A stretch of DNA of 64,000 nucleotides from Hyphochytrium catenoides (lineage: Eukaryota; Protista; Hyphochytriomycota). Shown one piece after another: positions 52,155 to 64,000 of this stretch. The position numbers and the translations under genes were made by a program. Every line of letters starts with the position of its first letter. The first letter of the stretch is position 1. The notes below the pieces were generated by a model. The model had not been told where the DNA came from, ran no database searches, and saw only the letters and a list, made by a program, of their open reading frames with translations. The DNA is taken from NCBI GenBank assembly GCA_900088475.1, contig FLMG01001065.1, positions 1 to 64,000 on the forward strand, given 5' to 3'.

Positions 52155-52907
52155 TGGCTTTGCTCTCTCTTTCTCTCTACTCTATCTATCCAACTTCCAC
52201 TCACTGGACCTTTGAAAGCCACCAAACGCTTCGTCTCTCCTCTCCTATCTTTGCTTGTTGCTAGTGTCTCTCTCCCTCTCTGTCTGTCTGCCTCCTTACC
52301 TGCGCTAAATCTTTGTTGGCTCTCTCTCTCTTCCTCACTCATCCCTTTCGTGGAGAAGACTATGCTCCGACTTAGTGGCTGGTCTCTCCTCTCCCTTCCC
52401 CGCTCTCTCTGTATCCCTTGGATTTCTTTAACCTTAACGTTTTTCCGCCTAATAACCACGTTTCTTTCCACATTCCCCAGCAGAGAGACAGAGAGAGGAA
52501 GAGACAGAGAGAAATCAAGAAGAGAGTGAGACAGGAAAAGCCACCGATAAGCTTAGGGAGGGGGGAAGCAAGAAGGAAGACATAGGAGATACATGGCCAG
52601 TGGAAAGGGGAGAGGTAAACGCTGGGAGGAACATGACAGGGAGGGTGCGAGGAAGAGTGAGGGGGATAGAAGAAACAAGCCTCCTCTGTTCTCTGTGACG
52701 AGGGAGAGAGCGAGACAAAGAGCAAAGTCTTCGCTCCAGGACGGAGAAAGAGAGGAACAAAAGAGAGAACTCGGTTTGAGAGGGAGAGAGCGAAGAGAGA
52801 TAAATTGAGAGGGAGAGAGCGAAGAGAGATAAAGAGCCAATGTACGGGTTCTAAGACCATTTGCTAGACAGAGAAGCAAAGAGTCACCTGCATTCCCTTT
52901 TCCTGGA

Positions 52908-52957
<50 letters not shown>

Positions 52958-53622
52958 CTTTCTCTCACTTTATAGAAATCAGCAGGCTCCATCATCTTAC
53001 GCTCTGACCCTACGATTTCGTCGAAGTCCTTACATTTTCCCCTTACGGAAGCTTTTAATCCACCTGTCATTTGTGAGCCAGTACGAGAACGGCATGTGCC
53101 CCACTTTCTTGCTTCGCTCTCTTTCCTTTCCTTTGCCTCCCTTCTTCCCTATCCCCTCTTATCGCCTACTGCCTTAATAATCGCTCTTTGCACTCTTTTG
53201 CGGCGCTGTCTGTGATACAACTCTCCTCCCTCTCTCTCTCTCAGCCTTGTCGGACAGTGCCACCCGCTTGCCCTCAGCGTATTAACTCTTCCCTCTGACA
53301 GGACTAACTCACGCCACACAGTGACTCTCTCTCTCTCTTTTTCTCTCTCGCCTCGAGCTCGGCTCCATTTCTCTGGAGCAACTGCATTGTCTCAGCATTG
53401 TCTCTCGCTTTTCCTGCACTTTGAAGATTGTTGAGCTCTGTCTCTGGCGCTTACCATCGGCCTCGAATCCGGCAAGATGGAGGAGGTCAACAAAATCTCG
53501 TAGTGGGTCTCCTCTCTCTCTCTCCCTCTCCCGTTTTGTCTCGATTTCCTCCCTTCTGCCAATTCTCGGTATCGCTCTCTTCCTCTACTTGAAGGCCTTT
53601 CTCTTGTGACAAAGAGAGAGCG

Positions 53623-55903
53623 ATGTTGCCTACTCCAGACTCATCGCTAGAGCAGCAACACGGCGCTCTCTCTCTCTCTCTTTCTTCTATCGCAATGAAA
53701 AAGAGAAGAGCAGATGGTGATCTTGGGCAAAGAGACAGGTTAACACTGAAAGAGGTGGTCATGGATGTGGATAGGGGGAAGGCCGAGGAGAGAAAGACTG
53801 AAGAGCCAACAAACGATGCTTCATTCGGAGAAGGGGAGAGGGTAAAAATGACGACCATTCCTCCTCCTCGCACTTCTCTTTCTGTTCTGGCGACAAGAGC
53901 AGCCTTCCCTCATCTCTGTGTGGACCACTGCGAAGAGACGCCACCGGCAGGAGAAGAAGAAGCAGACCCCGGACAAAGGGAGTCTTCCTCTTTTCTCCGC
54001 TCCGTTTCTCCTCTCCGCTCTCTTCTCTCCCAGTTGTTCTCTCCCCAGTCTCCGCGTTCACCTTCCTGGTCAAGGCGCCGTCTCCAGACGTTCCTTCTTT
54101 TCTCTGTCCTTGTCGTGGTGGCGATCTGGAGCTTTGCTCCGCCGCCAACCTCTCTCTCTTCTTCTTTCTCATCTTCTTCTCCCGCTTTCTTCTCTTCTCT
54201 TTCTTCCTCTTCCCCAGGGAGAAACCTACGAAGGACCGCCAGCGCTCATCCCTGGGAGCAGACGTTAGAGGAGCTCTCGGGCACGACAGTAAGAAGAGAA
54301 GAAAGGGAAGAGAGAGGAGAAGAGGGCATAGCGCGCCCTCCCTCTCTCTCTTCGCTCTCCCCTTCTCTCTCCCTCTCCTCGTCGTCCTCTTCTCCTTCTT
54401 CCTCTCTCTGTCCGCCAGCCGCGGGACATGACGCCGCTGATAACTGGAAATTCGTTACCGTGACGTCTGATATTCTGATCACTGTGGCGTACTATGCGAT
54501 CCCCTTAGAGCTCAACTACTTCCAGAAGCAGGTCAAACTGCCTGAGAAGTTTGGCGGAATCTTACTGCTCTTTCAAATGTTTATATGCTGCTGCGGCTCC
54601 ACGCACCTGATCGCCGTGTGGCAGCCCTGGTACAAGTTCTACTTTCTCTCCTCGATGGTCAAGCTCCTCACCGCCCTGGTGTCGATGTTGACAGCCTGCG
54701 TTCTGGTCCATGTGATCCCTAAGGCGCTGGCCCTGCCAGGGATGGCGGAGAGACTGGAAGAAGAGTTAGGCGTTAGGGTGAAGAATGAATCGGATCTGAG
54801 AGAGAAGAACGAGATGCTGATGAAGTTTAGGTCCGCCTCTCAGAACATTGGGGACGCGGCGGGCGCAACGGAGATGTGCCGAACGGCCGCGAGGGAAATG
54901 TGTGAGAACATTGAGACAGTCAGCAGCGTGGCGATCTTTCTTCCTTCCTCTCTCACCCGCTTTGGGATCGGACTCTCTTCTTGTTCTTCCTCCGCTTCTG
55001 ATGCTGGGGAAGAGGAGGAAGAAGAGGAGAAAGTAGAGGGAGACAGTAGTAAGGAAAACGATTATTTCTGCGCGGCAGAGTTCTCGAAAAGGTTCCCAGG
55101 TAGTGCACTATATAGCTTCTCCTGGAAAGAGGTAACGCTCAATTCAGATCGAGAAGAGATTCTCTCCGACTCTCTCTTCCCTGGCAACCGGCTGGTCTCT
55201 CTCTCGGAGGAGAGTGTGGAGAAGCTTATAGAGGGAGGAGCAGGAAATGAGGGAAAGAAGACCAAGACTGTTGCCTTTCCTTTCCACTCTACCTCTCTCG
55301 TGCAGTTCTCGGTAGATGACAGTTCCAAGAACGGGCTTGTCCTCATCTCTTCCACCTCTCCCAGCAGTCGATGGACGCTGAAGAGATCAGAAGTCACTTT
55401 CTTAGAAGACATCGTCCATCAGGTAGAGATTGCCCTGTCTCAGGCTGTACAGATGGAGAAAGAGAAAGAGAGAATGTACGAGCTCTCTCTCCAGCAGAAG
55501 AAGAACGCAGAACTGGACAAAGCCAAGCAGTTGGCGGAGATGGAGAGTAAGCTTACGACGGAGTTCCTGGCCTCGATGTCTCATGAGATCCGGACACCAA
55601 TGAATGCAATCATTGGGTTTGTCAGCTACTTATTGCAGTCTCCGGGCCTCTCTGCAGACCAACATGAGATTCTGCAGACGATTTCTTCGAGCTCTCAGAC
55701 GCTCCTGACCATCCTCAACGATATATTGGACTTCTCCAAGGCGGAGACACGGCAGCTTGTGCTGAAGGAAGAGGTGTTCTCTGTGAGGCACTGCGTGGAG
55801 ACAGCGCTACAGCTAATGGCAGGAAGTGCTGATAGCAAGGTGCTGTTCCCTTCCTTTCCTCGGCCTATTTTTCTACTCTCTCTTTTTGTCGGGTTTTCTC
55901 TGT

Positions 55904-55934
<31 letters not shown>

Positions 55935-58642
55935 CCCCTCTCTGTTTCCCCTCTCTGTTTCCCCTCTCTCTTTCCCCTCTCTCTCCATGGACTCTCCATT
56001 CTCTTTCTCTCTGTGTTCTTTACTTTCATTCTCCTCTCTTTCTCTCTGCCATTTCTCTCTCTTTCCCTCCTCTTTTCTCTTCACTTTCATTCTGTAAGAT
56101 TCTCTTGTTCTTCCTTTTCCGTCTGCCACCTCCATTCCTCCCTCTGTCTCTCTCCCTGTCTCTATAGTTCTCTTCCTTCAATTCTGATGGACGAGGCGCC
56201 ACTGCTTTCCAAGCCTACTGTGGATCTGGTTGCTCTCTGTCTGCCTAGCTTTTCCTACACTCTGTCTCTCTTCTCTGATGGCATTAAAATCCTCTCTATG
56301 CCTGAGTTCTTTTACTAACGCAACTGATTTGTTTTCCTACGTTTTACCGTCCCTTCTGCCTCCTCTCACCTCTCCGCTTGCTACTTACTCTACCGGCTTC
56401 GGCTTCCTCTCCTCTCTGTACCCTGCGTGCTCTCGTTCAATCTCTTTTTCTCCTCTCTCTCTCTCTTTCTCCCCCTTTCTACTCTCTCCCTCCTCTCTCT
56501 CAGAGCCTAGATCTGAATTATTTCATGGAGGAAGACGTACCAGACGTGGTCTTCGCCGATCCTTATCGCCTGCAGCAGGTTATCCTTAACCTGCTGAGCA
56601 ATGGGATCAAGTTCACAGAGAGAGGAGAAGTCTTTATTATTGTCTCTCTCCAAGGGTCCCCCGCTCTCATCGAGGAACTCGGGAGAGGAGAAGGCAGTGG
56701 AGAGTACATCGCACCAAAGGATCCTTCGTCTCGCCATCTCCTAGGTGTAGAAGAAGAGTCCTCTCTTGAAGGGGAGGAAGAAATAGAGACCGCAAGAAAC
56801 AGAGAGAAGAGAGAGTTGCGAAGAAGAAGACGGAAAGGAGAGAAAGGCGTATACCACCAGAAGAATGGTCACGTGGCGGCCAACGGACAAATTGGCGGAG
56901 GGAGAGAGCGAAAGGTAAAGGGAGGCGGAGGCAGGGATGGGGACGAAAAAGAAGAGGAAAAGGAGAGCAAGAGGGACAAGAGAGAAATAGAGACAGTGTT
57001 CTTCCACGTCATAGACACGGGGATCGGCATCCCTTCTTCCTCTCTTCGCCTTCTTTTTCAGAAGTTCAAGCAGGTGGACTCTTCGATCGGAAGGAGATAC
57101 GGAGGGACGGGCCTTGGGCTGGCCATCTCCGCGAAGCTGGTACATATGTACAGGGGAATGATCAAGGTGACCTCACAGCCAGGGAGGGGCTCGGCCTTCT
57201 CATTCTCGATGGAGCTGCCCGTCGTGAGAGAGACAGAAGATGAAAGAGAAAGTTTTCTCTCTTCGTCCTCTACGTCTCCCTGCTACTGGGCGGTGGATGA
57301 GGCAGCTGGGCGGCTGAGCTCCCAACTGGGCGATGAACTGGAAAAGGACGTGGTCGCTCCTGCGCTCTCTCGGAAGAAAAGCAGCGGAACGGGTTCTCTC
57401 TCTTCGTCGTCATCTTCTTCTGCAGCGTCTCTCTCTTCCTACTGGCTTTTGGCCTTGGTGGCCTCTGCCAGTGTGAGGACAAGAGATGCCACGGAGCAGC
57501 TTCTGAAGAGTCTCAACGTGGAAAAAGTCCACACATTCAATACCGTCGAGTCTCTTCTTGACTTTGCGAGGGACAGCCGCGGAAGGGAGGAAGAAGACGA
57601 AGGGAAAGAAGAGAGAGGAGAGACGGTGGGAGGGGGAGAGAAGAGAAAAGAGAAGAAGAGAAGAAGAACCAGGGTGACGCTGGCCCTCGTTGACGAAAAT
57701 CTTCTTTGTCACATCGTCCCTGGAGGAGAGACAGGCGCACGATACGATGCGTTCGTCTCTCTCCCTTCGACCTACGCCATCACTCTTGCCCGTTCTTCCC
57801 AGACTGCGGCGGATCTCTCTTGTCCTCTTCCTCCGGCCTATCTCCACAGAGCGCTGTGCAAGCCTGTCCGCAGAGATCTGCTCAGGAATCACCTGGGTGC
57901 GATCGTTGAAGCCCTCGAGGGCGGAGAGAGAGACGAGAGTCTCTCCGGAGGAGGAAGAATGGGAGGAGAGGAGGCAGGTCGGCTCAATCTCTCCTCTACT
58001 TCTTCTCAATTGCCTAGAATTGGATCCAGAGGCAGACGCGGAAGAGGTACGTGGACGTCCTCCAGGCAGGAGATCCCGAAGCAAGTGAAACGTGTCCTGG
58101 AGCAAGTGGCCGTCCTCATTGTAGACGATAACGCCGTGAACCGCAAGGTAATGATCCGTCTGCTGGAGCTTTTTGATATGAGGAACGTCCAACAGGCGGC
58201 GAACGGCTATGAGGCGATCTCAATGGTCGCTGATGGGCAGTTTGACATCGTTTTTATGGACGTGGCGATGCCGGTGCTGGACGGGTTCTCAGCCACCCGA
58301 CGGATCCAGTCGGAACTCTCTTCCTCATCCTCCTCGTGTCCTTCTGTCCTTCAAGGACAAGAAGAGAGAGCGGTAGAAGGAGGGAAGGTCCCTGAAAGGA
58401 AGATGAAGAGAGAAGAAGAGGAGAGAGGGAGCAGTGATGAGGCTAAGAAGGAAGAGGTGGCGAGGAGAAAGAGCTTCACAGGTCGGAGAATCCCTTGGAT
58501 CATTGCAATGACAGCTAGCACTTTGATGGAAGAGAGACAGCTCTGCTTTGACGCGGGGATGAATGACTTCCTGGCCAAGCCCATCACTCCTCCAGAGGTT
58601 GCCAACGTCCTCACGCGATTTGTGCAGCAAATTGGGGCGTAA
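53623..58642 (+). CDS. Ethylene-receptor-like (ETR1-type) hybrid histidine kinase: ethylene-binding TM domain - GAF-like - HisKA - HATPase_c - degenerate REC - REC
   Basis: Exons 53623 (or 53695)-55839 and 56504-58642. Sensor SDILITVAYYAIPLEL...FICCCGSTHLI...KLLTALVS...LVHVIP; H-box EFLASMSHEIRTPMN; N-box LQQVILNLLSNGIKFT; G-boxes DTGIGI and GGTGLGLAI; receiver VLIVDDN...DIVFMDVAMP...AMTAS...FLAKP. Confidence 0.92.
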
Positions 58643-61273
58643 GAGAGAGCGGGGACGGACGGTTCGGAGGAGGGCAGGGAGGGAAAGAGAGGAAAAGAGA
58701 GAGAGAGAAAGGAGAAGAATGGGGTGGTGGTTCTCCTGCTCTCTCTCCTCTTCTGTCCCTTCTCTTCTTTCACGGCTGAGGAATTTTTTAGGTAGCTTCG
58801 TATATGCTTCGAGAGGAAGAGGAGAGCATTCCCATTCAGGAAACAGCGAAAACTTGGAGAGCGATGATCTCACTCTGTCCCTCTTTCTCTCTTCTTTCTC
58901 CCTTTCTTATTTTGCGCTTAGTAGCCCATGTCTGCCTGGCAGTACCTGTCAGCGTCTTCCTCCTGCCTTTGCCACCTTTTGTTACCGGGGATGGCAGGGT
59001 CTCGGGTTTTGACTCTCACTCATGGTCTCTCTCTCTCTCTACATTCCCGCTACTTGCTTCGACTATTGCTTCCTCTCCCACTCTGCTTCCACTGTTTTTC
59101 AAGGGATTTAACACGCGCGTTTCTGTCCCTGTTTTGACTGTGGGGGAAAGGAGCCTCATCCTCTCATTCCCTCGTCTTTTTGTTTATCAGGAGCTTTCCT
59201 TCCTTGGTTCCTTCTCTCTCGTCCTCTCTCGATGAAGCTGCAGAAATAGCTGAGTGTAAAGAATGACCTAAGTGAAGAAGCTGCTTTGCCTGCCAGTACG
59301 TTGTAGAGCCATCTCGTTAGACTGAGGGAAGACACGCTTCTCTCTACATTCTCCTTGCCTCTCTCGTGCTGCTAGCTGGCTCTCTCTCTCTCTGTATGTT
59401 CCTCCTATCGATAAGACCCCTCTTTAGTTCGCTTCTTCCTTGGGGTTCTCTATATCTCTGTCCACTTCTCTCTCTCTCTCTTCCCATGCATGGCGATACC
59501 AGTGCTAGAGCCGCCTAGCTCTAAGAGAGATATCCTTGGACAAGGCGAAGAGCTCGTCTCCTACCCAAGTGGCGCTTCTCTCCACTTCCACAGAAGACAT
59601 TGTGCTTGACTGTATTCAATACATAGCCAGCTCTATTGTTGCCTTCTTCTTCTCTCTCTTTCTCTCTCATTCTGTCTCTCTTTCTCTCTCTCTGTCTTCA
59701 GACTTTCTGCTAGAAGGCGTCTCTTTCTCCTCACTCTCACCTCACTCGTGGTCTTTTCTCCATGCTGCTATAATTCTTTTATCTGTCTATGTCGTTAGCA
59801 GAAGGAAAGACAACAGCGAGAGACAACAAAGGGAAACAGGGAAGAGAAGAGAAGCTCGTGTCTCTCCTTTTCTCTCTTCTCTCTGTCCTGTTGGTGCATG
59901 TTCACTTTTTCTCTTCTCGCGTGCGACTGCATCTCATTAGATGTTAGATTTCAATTCTGTAAAAACATGACTAAAGAGGGAAAGGAGAGAGAGAGAGATG
60001 GGAAATGTGAAGGGAGTCTCTTGTGTGCGTGAAGAGGGAGAGCAAGAAAAGAGAGAGGCAATGGAGACCAGTCTAATAACACTGAAGAGCGGAGGAAAAG
60101 AGAGAGAGATAAGACAGAAAGAGAGTGTCTTTGTGGGTGAAAGAGGCAAAAAGGCGATGACACCAGCAGCCAGACGGGCCACCATGAGTGAAGAAAGAGA
60201 GCAGGAAGACAAGAAGACCCCAGCAGATAAATGGAGACCTACAAGCCGCAGGGATCACTAGCGGCAGTAACACAACCGCCGTTAGCGGGAGCAGCAGGGT
60301 GTCTCTTCGTCTACCCATAACTCTTCGATGAGGAAAGCTACTCCTAAGTTCACCTTACTTTCATCTATTCTAACTCATTCCTCTTTCTTCTCCCTCCATT
60401 CCCTTGAGCTGGAGGACGCGCTAGCCGGAGTAATGGTAAATTGGGCTCATAATTTGTTGAAAATCGAGTGAGGGGTGAGCTCTGGTGGCAGACTGTGGGG
60501 GGGAAGAGAGAGACTTGGAAAGCTTGTCAGAATCTGAGAGGGTTAGCTCAAGGTCTGCATGACGGGAACTCTTGATTTCCTCTCTTGCCACTGCCTTTAC
60601 AAGCAGAGACATAGTCACTTTGCTCCCCGTGGTTGGCGGCTCATACTGAAGCCAACAGCTTCCAACAGCTCTGTCTCTCTCTCTCCATCTCTCCCTCTCC
60701 CTTCTTTCTGCGATCTCACGATCTCCCACTCTCGCTTCGCGTCCCACTCTCATTCTCCCATGTGAGCCGGGCCCTCTTCTTGCCCCCTTCAGTCCTTCCT
60801 CTCTCTCCCTCTACTATTCCCTGTTTCCTCTACTATTCCCTGTTTCCTCTCTGCTTCTCTCTGTTTACTTTTGCTCTCTCTGCTTCTCTCTCCCTTGTTG
60901 CTTCTATCTTTCTCGTTCTTTCTCTCGCATCTCTTTCTGTGCCAGGGACCCACAATGGGCGAACTGATAACTGACAGTGCACACTTGGTTGCCCTGTTCT
61001 TTAATAGAAAAGACGGCAAAAATCAGTTATTTGCATTGCAAATAAGCGTCTGAGTAATATTCCTTATTTATGAAAAACAGCAGGGATCTGGCGTCAGATT
61101 CTGAAGACCTCAGGGTAGGGTGGGTACTGGACTCCCTCCCTTTCCCCCTCCCACTGCCAACACAATGTCCGCCCTCCATGTCTTCCCCCTTTCGGTCTCT
61201 CCCTGTCTCTTGCTTGCCTTCACCGACTCTGTCTCGCACCTGAGGCGCATCTGATCATCTTATTCCTGGTTGT

Positions 61274-61315
<42 letters not shown>

Positions 61316-61922
61316 GGTGGCCAGCCTTCGCTTCTTATTGGAAGATACGCGTGCAATGGCCCTAGGATGGCGCAAGAGAGAAAGAGAGAGAGAGAGCGTG
61401 AGGAGAAGAGACACTTTTTTCGTCAGAACGTAGTGAGAAAGGCATTGAAGGAGAAGAGTTAAGGGATAGGTTGAGGGGATAATAATGAAGAATGACTAGT
61501 GCCATGGGGAGGATCCGATTGCGACAGCAGAGAGTTGAAGAGAGGGAGAAACTGGCCTTCACACACATTCGTCTCGTCCTCAATATTTCTGTGGGATCGG
61601 CGTCCAAGAAGTGATCAATCTAGCCGGGACATGACCTCCTCCATATCCCTTTTTTTCATCTCTCTCTCTCTCTTTCTTTCTCTCTGTCTCTCTCCCTTCT
61701 CTCCTTTCTGTCAGCTTCATCAGCCTCTGCCCTCAAACTAGAACTATGTGAGGAGAGAGGAGATAACTTTGTGTCAACCATTGTTTGCTTGCTGTCTCTT
61801 CATCACTATTCATCTTTCACTTTCCAGCGCAAACGTACACACAGAAAGTCACCCCGGCTGACTGGCAGCAACCACTAAAGCAGTAAGAAGAGACGAGAAG
61901 AAGAGTTGATCAATTTGTAGCC

Positions 61923-62708
61923 ATGATAAAGCTCGTCTCTCTTCTCGCCGCGTCCTCCCTCCTGCTCATCCTCACGCCATCCACCTCAGAAGCCTCAAAG
62001 ATCCGCGGCGTTGGTGACATTCACCGCGATAAAGATCTGCGCTACTGCGACCCGACCACCGGAGATGAGTGCGGCACGTGCCTGACCGCATCCTTCGCGG
62101 AGGCGGGAGAGGGCGTCGGCTGGTTTGATTCTTCCTTTGGCCTCTGCTGGGGAGAGAAGAAGGATAAGGCCTTGGTGTCCCTCTGGGTAGACCTCAGAGA
62201 TGTGCTTAAGAAGGACAACCGCCACGTCCTGCCTGCGAACTGCTCTCTGGAAACCATGACTTACCATCTGCACAGCAAATGGGAGCATCCTGAGGGCAAG
62301 GATTGGGGCCTAGGAGCAGAGTGCGGACCCGCGCTCACCAGCGGGCACTACGATCCCACCTTCGCTTGCGGACCCTCTTCAGAGCACGTCGCGAGCGGGG
62401 CGTGCAAGGACAAAGGAAAGGACCCTGCGCAGTATAAATGTCTGGGGAACTACCAGGAGTATCGGAAAGACCCGCAGATCTGCGAGCTGGGAGACACGTC
62501 GGGAAAGGGCGGATACTTGAAGTTCCCTGGGAAGAAGCGCGTCGTGGAGGAGACCTTCGTTGACGTGACGCCTCCATCTTACTACGAGTTCAGGAACGGG
62601 AAGTATAAGAGTCTTGTCTTTCATTGTGCCGGAGGACAAAGAGCTTTCTGTGCCAAGCTTGAGCTCAAAGAGTGTGGCGGGGGACCTGAGAAGGAGAAGG
62701 CTTTTTAA
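61923..62708 (+). CDS. Secreted Cu/Zn-SOD-fold protein, copper-only SOD type
   Basis: Intronless 261 aa with a signal peptide and motifs TYHLH, C..GHYDP..ACGP, CELGDTSGKGG and SLVFHC...RAFCA. Confidence 0.8.
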   Translation: MIKLVSLLAASSLLLILTPSTSEASKIRGVGDIHRDKDLRYCDPTTGDECGTCLTASFAEAGEGVGWFDSSFGLCWGEKKDKALVSLWVDLRDVLKKDNRHVLPANCSLETMTYHLHSKWEHPEGKDWGLGAECGPALTSGHYDPTFACGPSSEHVASGACKDKGKDPAQYKCLGNYQEYRKDPQICELGDTSGKGGYLKFPGKKRVVEETFVDVTPPSYYEFRNGKYKSLVFHCAGGQRAFCAKLELKECGGGPEKEKAF

Positions 62709-64000
62709 GATCTGACCACCAGTCTCTCTCTCAGCTTCTGACTGCTTTATTGTTCAGCTGGGAGTGAAGAAGGCCGCCAATGAAAACAGCGCCTTCAAGT
62801 GGTTGCTGGCCTTCCTGGTTGCGCCTCCACGCTTTTGATATTTTTTATAAATAAGTGAAAAGTAATGATCAACTGTTCATCGTTTCCTTCTCATCGTGAT
62901 AAAGAGGACATTCACTGACGGAGTTGACAACCTTAAGAAATCTTAAAAAGTGGACGGTTGGCACTCTCCAGATGGGCTCCAGGGTTATTCTCCACAGAAG
63001 AGTTAGTGCCAATTATGCCTTGAGGGGCCACTGCTCCGGATATGTGTCGGAAGAACGCTGGCGGTCAGGATGAGGTTCTTGCCCCTGAGGAGCTTGAGGC
63101 AAAGCCGCCAGGGTGGTGGGAGGAGGAAGAAGAACATGATCCACTATCAGCACAAGTCTGGCCTTTCATCGTCAGAGAGTGTTCACAAGTTTTCCATCTA
63201 CATCCCCTCGATGCTGCTCCTGCGCTTCCTTCTTCTCGTCTTCCCTATAATCCCTGGCGTATCTCCTGTTGCTCTCCTCCTTTTTCTTCTCCTCCCGCTT
63301 GAGGCGGCACCGCCACCTGCTGTTTCTTTCAATCCTACTTTTTGTCGTCGCCTTCTAGTGGACGCAGCAGGTCGCTGTGGCGAGCTGACTATTAGGAAGA
63401 ATGTGCTTTGTAGCGTCACTTGCTTCAACAACAGGCGGCGCGAATTCTAAACTTGGCGGACCTACACCGGCGAGTCCTCCCACCGACAGCAACAGTATGC
63501 TGCACGAGAGGACGGTCTATAAATAAGGAGGTCCAAGTAATCAAGAACTTATGTCATTGTGGTCTGCGGAACACCTATATAGGAGAGAGGCCTCTGTTTT
63601 ACTCCACCCTGTTCAGTCTCGACAGAAAAGTCTCTTACCTGGGCACCCACCTGTTGCCGATCCACTCATGATGTCTAACGACGGGAAACGTGGTCTTCCT
63701 CTCCGCCCAAGAATTGTACACGACATCTACAAGCACCACCTTGTAGAACTGCTCTGCATTCTGGTGAATAAATACTTTACGGCGCACTCCGCTCTCCGCT
63801 ATTGGCGGGCGTCGTCCCCGTACGCTAACAACGATGCTCTAGGCGCTGTCCATTTCCTCCGGGGCCGAAGCACAGCGATCTTGGAAAGCGGTCGGCGGTA
63901 GCCAGTTTGTTTCTTGAAAATCAGACTTTGCTCTAGCAACCCGACGATTTCTAAGATGGGAAACATTGAGTCCCATGGTCCTCGGACTATTCTCATGAAA

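Overview
Eukaryotic, intron-containing genomic DNA saturated with (CT)n/(AG)n microsatellites, so most of the supplied ORFs are low-complexity artefacts. The centrepiece is a tandem pair of minus-strand microbial rhodopsin genes. I recognise their 7TM domains from memory as the K+-selective (kalium) channelrhodopsins HcKCR2 (8368->5851) and HcKCR1 (17152->14100), which points to the stramenopile Hyphochytrium catenoides or a very close relative. Both can be spliced by hand into 4-exon genes with identical intron positions and long cytoplasmic tails carrying conserved motifs. The window also contains two 7TM-RGS receptor genes, an ethylene-receptor-like hybrid histidine kinase, a ZIP/ZupT metal transporter, an M28 aminopeptidase, a 7-exon NmrA-like reductase, a secreted Cu-only-type SOD and the last exon of a GalNAc-transferase-like gene. 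Non-genic content includes a decayed Ty1/copia element and several local duplications and inversions. All gene models are manual GT-AG reconstructions without transcript evidence.
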